From contig CAXTJW010000001.1 of NCBI GenBank assembly GCA_964244305.1, forward strand, positions 1 through 50,143: a DNA stretch of 50,143 nt, in the 5' to 3' direction. The position numbers and the translations under genes were made by a program. Below, piece after piece: positions 46,772-50,143 of this stretch. The notes beneath the pieces are model-generated. The model was not told the origin of the DNA. It ran no database searches and was given only the letters and a program-made list of their open reading frames with translations. Positions within the stretch are counted from its first letter, which is position 1. Each line of letters starts with the position of its first letter. The DNA comes from an uncultured Acetobacteraceae bacterium. GTDB lineage: Bacteria > Pseudomonadota > Alphaproteobacteria > Acetobacterales > Acetobacteraceae.

Positions 46772-47632
46772 ATGGCCAACAGCATGCGGGCCGTAGTGAT
46801 CCGCAAAGCGGGCGCTCCCGAGGTGTTGAGACTCGAGGATCGCGCTATTCCCGTGCCAGATGCCGGGCAGGTGCTCATTCGCGTCGAGGCGTTTGGGCTC
46901 AACCGCTCGGAAATGTTTACCCGTCAGGGCCACTCGCCGGATGTCACGTTTCCCCGCGTACTCGGCATCGAGGCAGTCGGGACCATGTCGTCAGCCCCTA
47001 GCGGAGAATTCGGCCGGGGCGAGAGGGTTGCCACCGTGATGGGCGGCATGGGTCGCGCGTTCGACGGCGGGTATGCGGATTACGTCTGTGTGCCGTCCCT
47101 GCAAGTTCGAACATTCCGCAGCAATCTACCCTGGGACGGGCTCGGCGCGTTGCCCGAGATGCTGCAGACCGTGTGGGGCGCGCTTTTCCGCGCACTCCGG
47201 CTAAAGCGGGGCGAAAGGCTGTTGATCAGAGGCGGCACCACATCTGTCGGATTGGCTGCGGCGGCTATTGCCAAGGCGCACGGTGCAGAGGTCGGTGCGA
47301 CATCACGGAATCCCGCAAGCGAGGCGCTGGTTCGCGAGGCCGGCGCCGGCTGCTTCTTTCTAGATCAGGGCGCCGTCGCCGGGACCGTCCGCAGCGCCTG
47401 GAGCGGCGGCGCGGACAAGGTGCTGGAACTGATAGGGACGGGGACGCTGGCGGATACATTGGCGGCTGTGCGTGAGCCCGGCGCCGTCTGCATGACCGGA
47501 ATGGTCGGAGACCTCTGGTCAATCTCGGACTTCGAACCCATGGCTGTCATCCCGACTGGAGTATCCCTGACGACTTATTCGGGTGGGGTCGACGACTTCA
47601 TGGCTATACCGTTTCATACCAGGTCTCACTGA
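46772..47632 (+). pseudogene. MDR / quinone-oxidoreductase-like protein, apparently C-terminally truncated
   Basis: GLNRSE, PRVLGIEAVG, DGGYA, RGGTTSVG; ends without the usual ..GKxV terminus. Confidence 0.7.
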
Positions 47633-47701
47633 TCGGAACCTATGGTCCCAGTCGCATTCAACCCACACCGCTGTTTCGGCCGACTGGATGGGTTCTGGTC
47701 A

Positions 47702-48981
47702 ATGAGACTTGGTATAAGCAGCGCGCTCGGGACGGCGTTGGAATGGATCGACTTTGCCGCCTGCGGCGCGATCGCCGCGACGGTGCTGCCGAAGCTGTTC
47801 TTCCCCGCGCTCAACCCGAGCACCGGGCTGCTCGCCTCCTTTGCGACGTTCGGGGTGGGCTTCTTCGCCCGTCCGGCCGGCGGGATCATCGTCAGCATGC
47901 TCGGCGACCGGTTCGGGCGGAAGCGGGTTTTGCTGTTTACGCTGATCCTGATGGGAGCCGCATCGTTCCTGATCGGCGCGCTGCCGACGTATAGCAGCAT
48001 CGGCATCTGGGCACCGATCCTGCTGGTGCTGCTGCGCTTCGCGCAGGGTTTCGCCCTCGGTGGCGAGGCGACGGGAGCGCAGCTCCTGACGCTGGAGCAC
48101 GCGCCCGACAACCGGCGCGGGCTGTTTGGTGCCTATATTAACATGGCGGCGCCGTTGAGCCAGGTGCTGTCGAACGGCTTACTGTTCCTGATGGCCGCGG
48201 TCATGACCCCGAGCAGTTCATGCTCTACGGCTGGCGCGTTCCGTTTTTGCTGAGCGTGTTGCTGGTGTTCGTCGGCCTTTACATCCGGTCCAGGGTCGAA
48301 GAATCACCTGCCTTCGAGCAACTCAAGCGGGATCAGGCACCAGTCGTCGCGCGAGAGGGCCATGTGGTCCCGAAGACCTCGCTACTGCGTGACCACGGCA
48401 GCATGATCCTCCGCCTCATGCTGTTCTGGGCGGCGCCGGCGTCGATCTTCTGGATCGTAGCGGTGTTCTCGTTCGGATGGATGACCAAGATGGTGGGCGT
48501 GCCGGCGCAGACCGCCTTTCTCTGCCTCATGGGGGCCAACCTCGTCGCGGTTGGGACCACCTTCATCGGCGGGATCGCCAGCGACCGCTTTGGCCGTAAG
48601 CCGACATTGATCGTGCTGACGACCCTGATGCTGGTCTGGAGCGCGCTCTATTTCAGCATCATCGGGACGGGCAACCCGATCCTCACCGTCCTGGCCATGG
48701 CCGCCTTTGCCGGCACCATCCAGGCACAGAGCGGCATTCTCCCGGCTTTCTTCGCCGAGCCGTTCCCGACTTCGGTGCGCTATGCCGGGTCGGCTTTCGC
48801 TTACACGGGCGCCAGCCTCCTCTTCGCCGGCCCGGCTCCGTTCTTTGCGGCCTGGCTGTTGGGACGCTCCGGCGGACAGGTGTGGGTGCTGACGGTCATG
48901 TGCCTGGTGCTGTCGGCGATCTCGTTCCTCAGCCTGCTGACCATTCCGGAGTCGAGCCACCTCAGCCTCAAGCGGGATTGA
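47702..48981 (+). pseudogene. MHS-family MFS transporter with a -1 frameshift
   Basis: GTALEWIDF, ARPAG, GDRFGRK, QGFALGGE; frame switches in the C-run at ~48207-48210 before GWRVPF, EESP. Confidence 0.85.
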
Positions 48982-49000
48982 GCGACAGGGAAGCCCAGAC

Positions 49001-49600
49001 ATGATCGACACCTCAGTTCCGGGAAGCAGCGTCGTCCGGTCCGAGACCTGCAGCCTGGCGACCGTCCGGCGCGTCGCCGCCATGCTCGACCTCGACCCGG
49101 ACGCGTGGCAGGAGGGCGACCCCTTGCCTTGCGGCTGGCATTTCGTCCTGCTCGGTGCGGATACGCGGCGCTCGGCCTTGCGCGCCGATGGGTTTCCCGG
49201 CCTCGGCGTGCCGCTCCCGGATCTCGGCCTGCCCCGGTTGATGCTGGGCGGACGCACTGTGCGCTTCGGCGGCGACATCCCGATAGGCACCACGCTGCGC
49301 CGGGAGAGCCGGGTGCAGAAGCTGTCCCGCAAGGATGGAGCCAACGGTCCAATGGCGGTCGTGACGCTGGCGCACGACCTTTATTTGCCCCAAGCGGCCG
49401 AGCCGGTGCTGGTGGAAACGCAGACATACATCCTGCTCGGCGCGCAGGCTTCGACACGCAAGCCAACCGAGGCCCCGCCGACACCTCTGCCACGGCACAC
49501 CAAGCGCGTCGTCCCGGATGGGACGTTGCTGTTTCAGTATTCCGCCCTGGGCTTCAACTCCCACCGGATCCACCTCGACCGGGAGTTCGCCTGCACCGTT
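49001..49600 (+). pseudogene. FAS1/MaoC-like double hot-dog dehydratase (HTD2 / mesaconyl-C4-CoA hydratase-like), truncated
   Basis: LPCGWHF, LRADG, PRLMLGG, LFQYSALGFNSHRIHLD; similarity stops just before the IS. Confidence 0.8.
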
Positions 49601-49620
49601 GTAGATCGGCGTGGAACATT

Positions 49621-50143
49621 GGCTCTGACTCATTTTTGGTGGAATTGGAGTGCTGTGTTTCCCCGGATCGTAAAAGGGGATCGACGGCATTCAGCAAACC
49701 TTTCAGGCATCGAGGCTTGTCCCGCGCGGTTTCGTCGTGGCCGACACGGCCAGCGATGACAGCGGCACCTCGATCACTGTCCTTCCCACGGTCAAGGCGG
49801 GCACCTGTCCTGGGTGCGGCACGCGATCTGAACGCGTCCACAGCCGATATCGCCGCCGCCTGACGGACCTACCGGCCGCGGGGCGTCCGGTGCGCTTGAT
49901 GGTCCTTGCCCGGCGGTTCTACTGCCACGTCGTCCTGTGTGGGCGTCGCATCTTCGCCGAGCGCTTCGACGCTGACATACTCGCGCCTTGGGCGCGGCGA
50001 ACGGCACGGCTCGAGCATATCGTACACCATCTCGGGCTGGCGCTCGGCGGGCGTCCGGCGGCGAGCTTCGCGCGCAGGCTGATGACGCCCGTCAGCAACG
50101 ACACCCTGCTGCGGGTTGTCCGGCGGCAGGGCAGCCCACGCTT
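49621..50143 (+). mobile_element. ISL3-family insertion sequence (left end and 5' part of transposase)
   Basis: GGCTCT-type end at 49621; frame from 49689 reads CPGCG..RVHSRY.R.LTDLP..RRFYC..C.RRIFAER..ARRT.RL..LALGG..VSNDTLLR. Confidence 0.9.

Noticed and set aside
1-50143. Many long antisense or alternate-frame ORFs (e.g. 8730..10373 -, 14001..15572 -, 21041..22702 +, 36594..38090 -)
   Set aside because: They overlap well-supported genes, are Arg/Ala/Gly/Pro-rich with no motifs, and are typical shadow ORFs of high-GC DNA.
1-50143. CRISPR arrays, tRNA/rRNA, retrons and anti-phage defence genes
   Set aside because: No regularly spaced repeats, cloverleaf or rRNA signatures, and no RT, nuclease or Cas motifs recognised by eye.

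Overview
High-GC alphaproteobacterial accessory region. The OmpA architecture and EcfG-type promoters suggest Acetobacteraceae/Rhodospirillales (inference). No rRNA, tRNA or CRISPR is seen. 1-29.5 kb is an aromatic-catabolism island. It holds a NitT/TauT ABC transporter with a PhdK-like aldehyde dehydrogenase and a class II aldolase-fold decarboxylase; gentisate 1,2-dioxygenase and 3-hydroxybenzoate 6-hydroxylase around a perfectly palindromic bidirectional promoter; a Liv-type ABC system plus an outer-membrane channel; a TetR-controlled operon (PDR/VanB reductase, two VOC-fold paralogues, FAH-family hydrolase); and an apparently complete gamma-resorcylate/hydroxyquinol pathway. 29.5-40.6 kb holds an internally deleted IS903-group element, remnants of an ArsR/SmtB-ZntA metal locus, a TetR/EthD/DUF4188 module and a general-stress cluster headed by a LOV hybrid histidine kinase. 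40.6-50 kb holds EmrAB-like efflux, regulators, several pseudogenes and the start of an ISL3 element. Best candidate for a new system: the two VOC paralogues have reciprocal His->Arg substitutions, which predicts an obligate heterodimer with one metal site. They are co-transcribed with an oxygenase reductase that has no Rieske or P450 partner in the window. All family assignments come from motif recognition; no searches were run.
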